A DNA stretch of 64,000 bases from Centroscyllium fabricii (lineage: Eukaryota): NCBI GenBank assembly GCA_051313645.2, contig JBNRSN020000001.1, positions 83,142,001-83,206,000 of the forward strand, given 5' to 3'. Positions 27,394 through 39,869 of the stretch are shown piece by piece. The notes below the pieces were generated by a model. The model did not search any database. It saw nothing but the letters and a program-made list of their open reading frames with translations, and was not told where the DNA came from. Positions within the stretch are counted from its first letter, which is position 1, and every line of letters begins with the position of its first letter. Made by a program: the position numbers and the translations under genes.

Positions 27394-28994
27394 CTCAAAT
27401 GAAGTCACGGATGTTATGAAAGTCAGGTCCTTATAAGAGGAAATTCTACTGTCTCCCTGCTTTGTATTGATTCATACAAAAAAAACGTGGTCTAAACAAT
27501 ACAACTTAAATAGGACGTTTTCTCAGACCACAAGGAGATATGCCCACCAGGTTCAGAATGACAGGGGTGTGCTGTCAGATTCAGGGGCTTCTGTTTACTC
27601 GCCAAGTCCTGAACGAGGTTATGTTTGAAGGCGAAGTCGTTCTTATCAGTCAAGTAGTGCTTTCCAGATCCCAGCTCACGCAAAAAAATCCAACACGGCG
27701 GTGAAAAATTGTCAAGATGTCTCTCCCCGAACATGGCTGGGGGGCAGAACCTCCGAACAACCGCCAGGCCCAACACCAGCCGCAGTCCAAGTGCTTGTTT
27801 ATGAGCGGAGCTGCAGTAGTTCACAATGTTAAATATTTACAGTAAACAAAAGCCACCAGGCTGGCGAAGAACTGGAAGGCGCTTTTGGCCACCGCATTAC
27901 TCCAGCCCCATCTCAAGCCCTGCACACGATCATTAGCTCGAACTGTACCGAAAACAGGGACATCATTTTAGTAAGATTCCGACATCTGGATGTCAGATTC
28001 TAGAATATTCAATGCACGGCAGGCGCAATCATGCTAGAAAGAACAGTACAAATGCATCTTTACTGATGCAAAATGCATTCTCTTACAAAGATGGCCTCCA
28101 CATCTGGTGTTATCGCCCTTATTCAATCCAACTTGAACCACAGTACTTTGCCCTGTAGAACAACAAGGTTGGAAATAAACAGTAAAGGATGTGATATGAA
28201 TCTGATTCCCATTTAACAAACCTAAGCTGAGGATAAACATGTAAGGAAGGGTTGACTGGAAGTTGTTCTATATTTGTGGTGCTTCTGGTGGCGTTTTGGA
28301 AACTTCATGTAACCCATCTAACCCGCAATATTCTAGCTCTGATTACATTTGCCTAAATATCAGATTCCTAGATACAGAATAAACAATGTAAGAAACAGAC
28401 TGAGGGAAAAGAAGCGAGGCCCAGGGTTGATGTTCACAGTCGCCTAACCGGTTTAATTCGACTTGTTACAGATTTTGAACTGAGCTAATTCTGACTGTCT
28501 AAATATTAAACACTAGTATTCTCTTTGCAACTGCCTCTTTGGAACAGACTGAAAGATATCGACGTGGCCTGTCCGAAATAAATGTAAATATGTCAGTGGA
28601 AGTAGTTTAAAAAGTTGTCTTAAAACTTTTAGCCAACTCGGTTCGCCAATCACATCAGCGAAAATCAAGTGAAACGTTGGGGAATAAAACATCTTGATTT
28701 GGAGTTACATTTTTCCTCAGTACTCCAAAGCAAGAATGTGGAATTTGGCTGAAATGCTTTTCATTTAAAGGCCTGACTTTCGTTTCCACATCGTACTCAG
28801 GGCAATCTGAGGAAACAGACCTATTTTCTCGCCCTGTTACACCAAACTAACGAGTAAATCAACTGCTTTGCTTTTAAAACTGAGTTTTCCGTATTGTCCT
28901 CGTGAATACAAAGACAAGCTGTGATAAGTTAGAGGATCCTGAACTTCACCAGCTGATTACTGTCGTTAAACTTTCATCATAGATAAGTATATTT

Positions 28995-29105
28995 AAAGAA
29001 AGAGCTGCATTTCTATAGCGCCTTTCGCGACCTCAGGACGTCCCAAAGCGCTTTACAGCCAATGAGGTACTTTTTGAAGTGTAGTCACTGTTGTGATGTG
29101 GGAAT
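28995..29105 (-). mobile_element. 3' tail of a DeuSINE/SacSINE1-like SINE
   Basis: gcatttctatagcgcctttc...ggacgtcccaaagcgctttacagccaatga...gtgtagtcactgttg is the reverse complement of 43705-43805 and is similar to 40372-40472. Confidence 0.7.
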
Positions 29106-29246
29106 TTACCCATGTATACAAGGCTCAAATGTGATTACAATACACATGACAGTATGCACAAATCGATAGAAAAACGTTTGGAAAACGTTACTGTGTAAAA
29201 TCCACTCGATTTTAGTCCCTCATTGTGCTTTTATTTTTATTTCTAG

Positions 29247-29680
29247 GAGAAAAACCTTTTAAATGTGAGTTCGATGGTTGTGACAGGAAATTTGCCAACA
29301 GCAGTGACAGGAAAAAGCATTCTCATGTCCACACCAGTGATAAGCCGTACAATTGTAAAGTCAGAGGCTGCGACAAGTCTTACACTCACCCGAGTTCACT
29401 TCGCAAACACATGAAGGTCCATGGCAAATCGCCCCCCCCTCCTCCCAGCTCAGGATACGAGCTCTCCAACACATCGCTGGGACTGGTGTCCCCGGCCTCG
29501 GAGCCGGCCAGGGGCCGCACCGCCAGCGTCTCCTCACAAGTCACCAATCTCAATGAATGGTACGTCTGCCAGGGGAGCGGGGCTGCCAACAGCCTCCACA
29601 CACCCTCGAGCAACGGCACCTCATCCGACACGGAGGATGAGGAGATCTACAGGAACTCTGACCCCAGGACTATGCTCTGA
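29247..29680 (+). CDS. zic5: Zic5 coding exon 2 (zinc fingers 4-5 and C-terminus)
   Basis: Acceptor ttatttctag|[60 protein letters not shown]...[10 protein letters not shown]...[15 protein letters not shown]. Spliced CDS is 1449 nt (482 aa). Confidence 0.95.
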
Positions 29681-29909
29681 CATAGAAGTGTTGTAGAAGT
29701 GTGGGCACCATGAGAAGAGCCAAGATAGGGCCTGTGGCATTGGTGGCCATCATCTAAACCCCGCCTGACGTAGAGTCATCCAGAGTCGAATCATCTTTGG
29801 CTTGTTCTGCGATTTTCAGTAAGAAACATCCTTTAAGAAAAAAATCATTCTGTGGGATTTTCACAGACAGCAGACTGTAACATTTGACCCTTTGTGACTG
29901 CACCCTTTG

Positions 29910-30136
29910 ATCTCAGGCTGACTGATATGTTAGAACACCTTTGATTGCTTTGATGTCTCTCTGCTGAGGTGTGATGTGGAACAGTTGGAGAGACCACATT
30001 GTTCTCTCCCTCTATATATATGCTGTGTTTAAATGAATCTCTTCAATCCACCTGAGGAAGGAGCAGCGCTCCGAAAGCTTGTGATTTAAAATAAAACTGT
30101 TGGACTATAACCTGGTGTTGTGTGACTTTTTACAAT
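29910..30136 (+). mobile_element. Penelope-like 3' fragment with hammerhead core (copy F), sense orientation in the Zic5 3' UTR
   Basis: Near-identical reverse complement of 423-633. The left boundary is uncertain and may extend to about 29855. Confidence 0.85.
30049..30083 (+). ncRNA. Minimal type I hammerhead ribozyme motif
   Basis: Stem I cac/gtg; CUGAGGA at 30052-30058; stem II ggagc-agc-gcucc; GAAA at 30073-30076; palindromic AGCU for a dimeric stem III; predicted cleavage 3' of CUU (30080). Confidence 0.65.
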
Positions 30137-32699
30137 CATCTGAAACCAGCGAAGGTGTCCTGTGACCATCTTAAACCAGCTAGGTTCAAACCTCGTAGGA
30201 AAACAAGTTAAGGGCTATGGACCTGATCCTATGCAGCTTTCTGGCCTATGCTCGCATCCTCTGTGTCAGTCAAGGCGACAGTGTGAACGTCCAAGTTAAA
30301 GAGAATCACAATTTGATTTATTTCAAGACTGTAAATATTGGTTATATGAAATCAAACGTGACTTAAACCAATAAAACACTTCATCTGACCTACTTCGGAC
30401 TCTCAATAGCATCTTCTCACCACCAGAACACATCTCCGCCTGTTGGAACTGATAGACGACATGCCCATCCTTGCTTAACGCCCCAGAACAGACAATTCTC
30501 CTCGAGAACTGGAAATGGCTTTTAGGGCAGTGTTATAAGTCGACGGTTTCAGCAAAGGGATAGCCCACACTCTCTGAGGAATCATGCTGGACAATACGAT
30601 ACAATCTCTGGAGGGAGTGAGGGGGGGGGGGGGGGGGAGAAAGAAATCGCCAATTTTTTATGTTCAGCTGAGATCAGCTAGTACTACCGGGTTCGGCAAT
30701 CCCACACCAGCAGGAGTATCCCATTATATATCTCTCTCTCTGCCCAAAATATACATTACTCCAAAAAAGAGATCTGGATTAGGACTTTCCTATTATATGT
30801 GAACCGAGTCATTTATCAGTAATGCTGAAACTGACAAGGACTCTATGTGACCCTGTGAAATCAATACTGACTATATACCAACGGCCCTGGCATTCTGTCG
30901 AACCAACCTTTTGTGTGATCTTCTATCCATCATGGTACAGTCAAAAATATTCATATTTTGCTCATAATTATTCAGGCCTTCATACAAATAAACTAAAGAG
31001 TACTAATATGTCCCCAGAGACCAGAAGACGCAGGAATGACAGGCTTGTCCCTGTAGGATTTGTACATAATTGTTGTGGGCTGTGAGTCGTTGATGTAATC
31101 GTTAGCTATCTTAAGATGTTGTCCGTCAATGCTCTTTTATTTGTAAACTATAATTTATTTGCTGATGTGTAATATCTTTCTGCAATAGTACAGATACACC
31201 AAAGAATTATATTATTACGTTTGGTGCGATATCGTCGTGTTTCTGAATCTGTGGTTTGTCACATCGTTTATTCTCTTGCTTACTTGAATGAAATGTGAAA
31301 ATGTGAAAAGGAAAATTTGTGATTGTTTATTTCTTCTCCGTGCTGCAGTTGATGGTTGTAACTACAGTATTGGTCCACATCATATTATTGCGATGCATGT
31401 TGCAGTCATTTTATAGTTCCCTTACATTAACAAACATCGCCCAGAATCTCTGATTGGAATCGAAAAATCCACACCAAAATGCAAGGGAGAGCTAGGCAGT
31501 TCCTTTAAAATAATGAATGGTCCATGTGTACTTGGATTTAGAAATGTGTTTCAGTGAAGGAGGTTTAACCGTGTGACAATGTATTTTAAAATTGTGAATA
31601 AACAAATATTGTTTTTCCTCAGCGTTACTAACCGTATTGTCTATTAAATGTGTAAATCCTAACAATAAGTCAATCTGCCGTGCTGCGGGTATGGAAATTC
31701 TTACCCCATCCTCGATGATGGAGAATCAAGTCATGTTGGCTCATGATCTAAAGCTAAATGATTTAGGGCGCTTGGTGTAACTTTTATTTTCATCTGTCTA
31801 TTGTTGCTTAAGGACCTTCGTCTCTGCAAATATTTACCTGTCTACGGTAGAGTGTAAGACATATATGACGCACAGAAGGGCTTCAGTAAACATTGAAGGT
31901 GCTACCTGGGTACAATTGGCAGACGGATGGTGAAACAGTGCCCAATGTTGTCTGTAATTGGCGTTTCAAAATTACGTCAAAGGGCGAGTAAGGAAGTCAC
32001 GTTTGATCAAACTGTCCCCAACTCCAAAAATACAGGTGAGCGGCCAGCTGCAGGATATATTGGATGTATATTGCTATGGCAAAAACAGGAGCCGACATCA
32101 TTCCTGTTTTGTAAATCCAATCACTTGCACACGAAGATTATTTAATTGTGGCTACTTGTAACTTATTGCCGGTTGTGTTGTAACATTCTACTTGATGGAT
32201 TTACATTTTATTGCACCAACACACACACACACACAAACACACCAGGAATCTCCAGTATAGAAGCAACCTAGAATAGTTCAGCAAAAAAACCCCACATTTC
32301 CAGGAAGTCCATTTCTGATTGTGTGTTCCCCCCCAAAGCCCAGATTTAATGGTCAACTTTTCCCCCAAATTGCATATGCCTCATGACTACCAAATTGGAG
32401 CCGAGAATCAAGATGGATATTTATCATTGTTAACAGCAGATCACTTTAAATGTGATGTTGGTGGCATATTCTCTTTCTAATTGACCAGCTGAACATCACT
32501 CAGTCTCGCCTTGTTAAGGTAGAGATACCTTACACGGTGCACCTAAAAGCTAAGATCCACAGAGGGCTCTCCCAACTCAAGAAATGCAGCCGGCAGGCTA
32601 GGGTGGCTTTTTCCAGTTTGATGTACACTATAACTGATACATTGCTTATATAACGGAGCAACAGGAACCGCATTCCTTGTCGGTCAGAGTGTCAAAGAG

Positions 32700-34900
32700 C
32701 AGATGGAAATGTGGGCAAGAGAACAGACCCGGGATACAAGAAAGCAATTGGAAGAATGAGTGATATGTCTCCTAAATGAAATAGGTTGTTTCTGTGAGCT
32801 TGACAATTAAAAGCATATGAAGCAGAAGAGGACTCATGTAAATGAGGGCGCCAATCAATGGGGAAACTTATAGTCTCTAATGAAGTTTCTTGTGAAAGGA
32901 AGGGTTGTACAAAGGCACCCAGACATGAATCATTCATGGCAAATATAAAAGATAAAAGATAGCTAACAATAAGCAGATCGTTGTAAAGAATGTAAAAAAC
33001 ACGCTTCCCCTCCGCACTTTCTGCATTAAAACGCACAATCCCGCTCTCCTGGCATTCACTATCCACCCTATAGAGCTAAAATGTGACCAGTGCCCGTCCT
33101 GAGCCACTTCAAAGCAATTTACTCCAGGGCGGAAGGCTTGGCGCTTGGACACTCTTCATGGCGTGTTAGGATTTCTATGGCAATTGGCAAACCCGACCTC
33201 CACATTTGAATATATCTTCAATAAAGCCACTTATTAGTTCTAATGTGGAGGTGCCGGTGTTGGACTGGGGTGGACAATTGTAAGAAGTCACACAACACCA
33301 GGTTATAGTCCAACAGTTCGGAGCGTTGCTCCGAAAGCTTGTGATTTCAAATAAAACTGTTGGACTATAACCTGGTGTTGTGTGACTTCTTACAATTATT
33401 AGTTCTGAGCAGCTCAGGATTTAAGCATAGACCCCCCCCCCCCCCCAAAAAAAAACCATGGGAATACTATACACCTTGCGCTGTAAGAAAAACACGCACC
33501 TTTTCTTTGAACGAATATGTTCTGCCTCATCAATGAAACTTGTACAAAAAACATCACCATCTCTCCTCATGTGTACACGGAGCCCGTTTCAGCCACATAT
33601 TGAGGCAAGTGAACAGAAACATGAGACCGCAGGAGACCCGCGTCCCTCACACACACACACACACACTATTTATTAACCAGCAAGTAAGCATATTGATGTA
33701 AACATGTTAAAGCTTTGATCAATGGCCTTTGTCAAAGTTACAAGGACTTCTAATAAACTATCAGCAGATAACAGCCAGCAAATGATTTCGCTCAATCCTT
33801 TCGCTGGCCTGTTCTAGGCATTGTTTAATGAACACCATGTTTAATAGGGAGCTAGTAGATTGATTTAGGAATAGTGTTGAAAATTGCATAAATATATATA
33901 TGGTCTGAACAAGAGCGATTGCTGTCTCTTCAGTGTAGAGTGTGTGTGTGCTTGGTTTGGTGGGGATCATGTTGTCCTTTGCAGTTTGCACGTGGACAGA
34001 CTCAGGCAGAGCAGTTCAGGTAGTTTTTTAAAAATGGTCTCACATTTAAGACACAAGGCACGGCTCCCCCCCCCCCCCCCCCCCCCAAGGAACAGCCCCT
34101 ATCTTTACTTTCTCACTGACCAGTTTAGAGAAGCTAAACATAATTAAGAGTGTAGAGGAAGCGCATCCCAAGACAACAACAACAACAGAAAGCAGAAAGA
34201 GAGGAAAAAAACCGCAAGTGTCTAATCAGACAGGGAGAAGTTCAAAGGCAGGCGCTTTGAAATTCAAACGACTGCTTTTACGGTATATCAACATGGCGCG
34301 TTAAGATTGCTATGGCAATGAGCAATTCGAAAGCAAACTGCATTCAAAGCAGCCCACCTCAATTCGCGACAGTCTATTAAGATACAGTTGCATTGACCTT
34401 TAGTTTCATGCTATATTAGTTCAGTCAATTTTTACTGCATCAGAATCTTTCATATTTTTGATTCCTCCCCCCCCCCCCCCCCTCTGGGCAGCTCCCCCCC
34501 GCCCCCACTTTCCCTTTCCTTACCCTCCCCTCCCCCCCCCATTCACCCCACTTCCAAATATCAGCCACTTTATTTGAGGGGGGGGGGGGGGGCCTTGAAG
34601 TCTTTACCCGGGTCTTTTTCTCTTTTTTTTGCACTTACCGACCATTGTGTGCAATATGTTATCGCCCTTTGTTTATCTAATACAAGTACTCTGTGAATGG
34701 TGAAAAATAAACACGATGAAAAATAACCAAACAGATGATACCTCCAAGTGAAAAACCCGGGGACTTCATAAAGGAGCGATACAGCCACCGTTCAATGAAA
34801 AACCCTTTGAAGTGGAACTTATTATCTGAGGAATACTTTGCCGTCGCCCTAACGACACAGCTGAATTGAAAAGCATCGCCTTTTGTCAGCGATTTGTTCC
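32700..34900. promoter_or_regulatory. Candidate enhancer cluster downstream of Zic5
   Basis: Non-repetitive blocks with six TCF/LEF-type CTTTG(A/T)(A/T) sites, Sox-like cattgt/acaaag, TAAT cores and RFX-like palindromes. Confidence 0.4.
33242..33397. mobile_element. Penelope-like fold-back fragment (copy G)
   Basis: Inverted arms with one tail. TSD ttattagttct (33231-33241 and 33396-33406). Confidence 0.85.
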
Positions 34901-37900
34901 CCTTTACTAGAAAGCCCACTGGAATTACTTACATGAACTGCCTCAACATACAGACTGGAAATCAGTAACTTTGCAACTCAGACTTTTAGACGCCAGCCAC
35001 TCTGCTGAATCTGAGGGGAGGTGGTGGTTGGGGGTGGGGGTGGCCGATGGCAAGGGCTTTGTGTGTGTGTGTGTGTGTGTTGCAGGGGGTAGTTACAATT
35101 TCCATTTCAGCTGGACTTTATGCATGTTCCTAAACCATCACTTTTTACACCATTATGACAGATATACTGCCCACATGTCCCCCTACTCACACTCGGCCTC
35201 GCCACAAGATTAAAAAACAAGAGCTCTGTAGCCGACTGACGTTTTCTCCCTCTTTCGACAAACCACATCCTGTTTTATACAAATTTATTCATAACAGATG
35301 CATAAAATACACAATCGGTTTCAGGAGCATATAGCAAAATCGAGCTTGAAAAGTTGTAAAATCTTTTTTTCCTCTCTTCTCGTGCACGTAATGATTTATT
35401 TTGAAATATTTGTGTCCCATCTGAGACTTCATGCTTGTTACAAAATGACCGAGTGCGAATAATTTCACCACGATAACAAGATCAATTCTACTCTCTAAAA
35501 GCACACTTTCTCCACAATGCATTGCTCAAAGTTTTCGTCAGTTTCACTTTAATATAAATGTATTTTTGCTTTACATTAATTAGCTATGCTTCCCCTGACC
35601 ACGGAGCTACTTTTGTAAAGAAAATAAACATTAAAAGTGACCCCTAAACACAACTCCTTCAGTACAGATTGTATATTTTGAATTGAAGTTATCTTTGACC
35701 AGATTGCGTTTAATAGTTTCTGAAAATAGATTGTCTCTGACTATGGCTTATATTATTATATTTAGCACTTTTTGCATTCTCTCCTAAGAGGGGCTGCCCT
35801 TAAATCTGAGCATCGTGAAAAATAATGTACTTGCTGAGAACGAAGCTCCAGCGGTAGCGTTACAAGCAGAGTGCATTAAATATTGAATGACATTAGGAAA
35901 AAAGAGCTTGTCAAGGGGCACTCAGCCTGAAACTCTTCCTTTGACTTTTTTCTGCACTGCCCTGTCCGACTATTTAAGCTGGTGTTAATTAAGGCTGCTT
36001 ACGATTCAGCTCGAGCCCAGCTTTGTCTATTTGCTCACCACACTTGTCAAACGACATCGTTAGCCCAAGCAGCTTCTTGCACACACATTTAGTTTAGTAC
36101 AAGTACACTTCCTGTGGCACTCGAGATAGAAAGACAAGCCTGTGACCGTGCCCTGTAAGTGATTCAGCGAAGTCGCGAATCTCCCCTAAAATATTGATTT
36201 ACACGTTGGAAGATCGATATCGCCGCATTTAAACAAAATGTGTCATTGGTGCATCTAAGTGGAACTTGGAGCCAGTCTGTTCACTGGACATGTAGAGTGA
36301 CTACCGTGAACACACACACATGCTCTGTAAGAGCAACTTTTAGTTCATTCTGAGAATCCATATGATTAAAGCATTGTTTAAACTTCCGACTAAAGACTTA
36401 AACGTTGCATATTTTCCAGAAGACGAGAGATCTCGTTAATCAATTCTCTCCAATGTCTGATAAATAGGTGTCGAGCTCCGCCATATTCGTCCAAACAATT
36501 GTTTTGCTACACCCTTGTTTTGAATCATATCTGCACATTTAAGACTATTGCTAACGACAAACTATGTTTTAAAGTTGCAAAGAATAAAGATGGTGCATTA
36601 AAAAAAAGCAGCCCTCCTTGCACTGGTTACAGAGAGCTGCGTCCTGTTGTTGAAAATGACTGAAAACTTCCTGCGGATTGCAAGACACACAAATAATATA
36701 GTCTGCTGCAACAATAGTCATGACAAAAGAAAAATAAAGCCGCCTCTGCTCCGAGAAACTACAAAAAAAAACCGTCACAAAATATCCTCTGATTCGCCTT
36801 AATATTAAGAGGGCAGAATATTTCAGCAACTGCCTGTAATTTGGATGATTTATAGGTAAAACCTGACCCCGTCTTTAAAAGTCTTGTAGAGGAAATAATC
36901 TCCCGTCAGAGGCTGGGCCCGCCTTTCTGAACTGCCAGGCCTCTGAGATGGAAAACCAAATCAGCATCACACTCTCAACTCAGGAAATTAGCTCAGATTT
37001 TTCACTTTAATAGCAGGGAGTTTGCAGCCTAAAACAATTGGACTAATTTACACACACCGTTCGCAAATACTTTCCACTCGCGGTTGAAAGGATGGAGATT
37101 GCATTAAAATAAAGATTTTGTTTTTGCTGCAGCGAATTGGGGAAAAGGACAATTTTTATTTTTGGAAGTGGAAAAGTCCAACAATCTTTTAACAAGTCTT
37201 CTAATATATTACCTGTGAGAGCAGGGATGGCGCGGTGGAAAATGGGCAACGCTGAGTCCTAGAATATAAGGAATGCTTATGAAAGGTTCCACCTGGTGCT
37301 GGGTTTAACAAGGAAGCGAAATCGTTCTGCATTTCGTCCCATCTAACACAGGCACCAGTCGTGGTGCAGCCTCTCCTGTGTTCATTTGAAGGTGACTGAA
37401 ACGGAATAGTTCTGCAATCCCTTGGAAAGATGGCGGGCGAGACTGTCAGCCACTTCACCTCTACCCAAATATTCTTAATCACACGCAGGATGTGGCCACA
37501 GATTTCGCTCCGGGACAGCGTCTGTCAGAACGTTATTGCCTAGCTTCAAAGCAGATTGTGTAAAACGGGGGCTCAAGAGGAAAGTGCAGTTAAGTTGCAC
37601 TCAAGTAAGCAATAAGGATCTGGAGGAAAGGGGATTCCTTCTCTGCAAATTCAGGACTACCCTCGGTTACAAGCGGGGACGTGGCTGGGATCTGGGGGAC
37701 CAGAGGAAAGGCTGGTAAAACAGTAATAATAGAAAGTGACAGACACGTCGGATGCCCCCAGCTCCAAGCTACTAACAAAGACGTGACTAAGTCACACTAT
37801 CGTCCGAGAAACTCTACACACAGACTCTGCACCATCCCGCTCAGATCATTCTTAACAAGAGGTTTCTGAAACTCCTTCCAGCAGCCTATTTACTCGCCCC

Positions 37901-38207
37901 GTTGTCACTTCAAAAGCGCCCGCCTTGTCATTAACTCAGGCAACTTTTGCTAAACTTAGAATCTGGCTCCGGATTAGTCTAAACCCCGCGTTTGTTTTAC
38001 AGTAGGACATGGGGGGAATTGTTTTTTTGTTGTTGTCATTCTCAAACATGGTCTTGGACTCTATTCTTCCGGCTGATTCAAGTGTGAGCTTTTCATCGGG
38101 GAAACACTTCTTGCTAATGGACACACATTCACAGTCCAGGCACTGTGCCAAAATCCTCCGAGCACCCTACCTGGCCACACTGCCACTGCCTAAATGTCTT
38201 CAATAGG

Positions 38208-38235
38208 TGGAGAGAGAGAGAGAGAGAGAGAGAGG
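38208..38235. repeat. (GA)n microsatellite
   Basis: Direct inspection. Confidence 0.9.
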
Positions 38236-39294
38236 GGAACAAGAGGAAAAAAAACTGGCATCGTGTTGTTGTGGGAAACAGTTTAGTCGGGCTTAGGAGC
38301 CAAGTTTAATTTGAATGGTCAAGATTTCTCCCTCAGAGGTTGCAGAGTTGGAGGAATCTGGCAGATTGTGAGTACGTATTATCTCCAGCTCTCATTTTTT
38401 TTGTAAACAGAGCAGAGGCTGGCAGTGTACTAAGTGCCGGATCAGGGGCTTTGTCACAGATGGTGGAGTTGTTGAAAGTGCTGTGTCTGGTGCATTATGC
38501 GTCCTTCTTGTAGAAGTTTTAACTGCAAGAAAAAAAAGAGCGGCCGGTGTCCTGTTGAATTAGGGCCGGTTGAGTTGCGGTAAGTTTCGGGAACGATCCA
38601 TTTTCCTCGCACAAGTCAGACTCGGGCAGCTGTGACTTCACCTATTAGCCCCGATGTCTTTTCCAAGAGATTGTTGGAGTTAAACATCCCACAATGTGCG
38701 CTCTGGGGCGCCTCTCCCCTGACCTCTACCCGTTTTTAATAGTTTCATAGGAACTTCATTAAATCAATTACTTAGTGAGCACATCATAATTTATTTGTAA
38801 TTAGCACCGAAGAGCTTGATTTTTTTTGCAGCGGACTTCGGGAGACTGCCCAGCGGGGTTTGCTGTGTGTTACAAGCACTTTTGTTTTCTGTTGACTCTT
38901 GGTATTATTCGAACGAAACAATAAAAGTGTAATCTTATGTCTTAATCTAGCACCGAGTCAGGAGAAAACAAACAAACTGAAAGTGACAATATTTGTCTTC
39001 ATTTAGAAGTTCTTTGTGGCCTGGGACTTCATTGTGCAGCAAAACTTGTTGGTGTGTGGCTTTTCTTGTACAATACAGTATCTAACTCACTGGACCATAA
39101 CTCCTGTACTAGAGATAGGCAGAGCAATGGAAGGGCCCGAGAGCGAGAAGTGCCTTGTGTGTGTGAGAGAGACAGAGGCAGGAGATAGGGGGGTGGGGGG
39201 TTTATGGGGGGGGGGGAGGGGGGAGCGAGGCTGTGCCAGAGCAAGAAAGTGAAGGTGAGAAATGTGTGTGGGGAGGGAAAGTGTATGAGAGGGA

Positions 39295-39559
39295 TTGTGA
39301 GAGGAACCCTGACAATGTACAGACTTAGCGAGCACAGCCTAGCCATCGAAAAAGGCAGACACAGACAGACTTGGCTGCCCAGAGAGGAAAGGCTGTGCTC
39401 CCACTGCAGTCAGGGAGTGGTGGAGACAGAGCTGCATTTCCTCACAACTTGCGAAAACTATCAGGACATGAGGGGGAATTTCTACCCAAAATTCGTAAAA
39501 ACATGCCCTGAATTCAAAAATTTGAAGACCACCAAAAACTCCCATATCTATTGAGGGAA
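39295..39559 (+). mobile_element. Non-LTR retrotransposon ORF2 C-terminal fragment (RTEX-like, clade tentative)
   Basis: TLTMYRLSEHSLAIEKGRHRQTWLPREERLCSHC...ETELHFLTTC (CCHC finger). Near-identical to the minus-strand copy at 45215-45470. Confidence 0.75.
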
Positions 39560-39802
39560 CATGATGTGGAGGTGCCGGTGTTGGACTGGGGTGGACAATT
39601 GTAAGAAGTCACACAACACCAGGTTTTAGTCCAACAGTTTTATTCGAAATCACAAGCTTTCGGAGCGCAGCTCCTTCCTCGCCTGATGAAGGGGCAGAAG
39701 CTCCGAAAGCTTGTGATTTAAAATAAAACCGTTGGACTATAATCTGGTGTTGTGTGACTTCTTGCATTTGTCCACCCCAGTCCAACACCGGCACCTCCAC
39801 AT
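39560..39802. mobile_element. Penelope-like fold-back (copy H), with tails on both arms and arms from two sequence variants
   Basis: The left arm is the ggagc/CTGAGGA type. The right arm reads CTGATGA-aggggcagaagctcc-GAAA. Confidence 0.85.
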
Positions 39803-39869
39803 TGTGCCAGAGCAAGAAAGTGAATGTGAGAAAGATGGTGTGTGGAGAGGGAAAGTGTATGAGAGAAAT

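Larger units (their letters stand above)
29681..31620 (+). other. zic5: Zic5 3' UTR (long form inferred)
   Basis: AATAAA at 30090 (inside the repeat), 30370 and 31597. A U-rich UTR-like block at 31040-31350 contains TGTACATA and TTTTAT. Confidence 0.5.
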
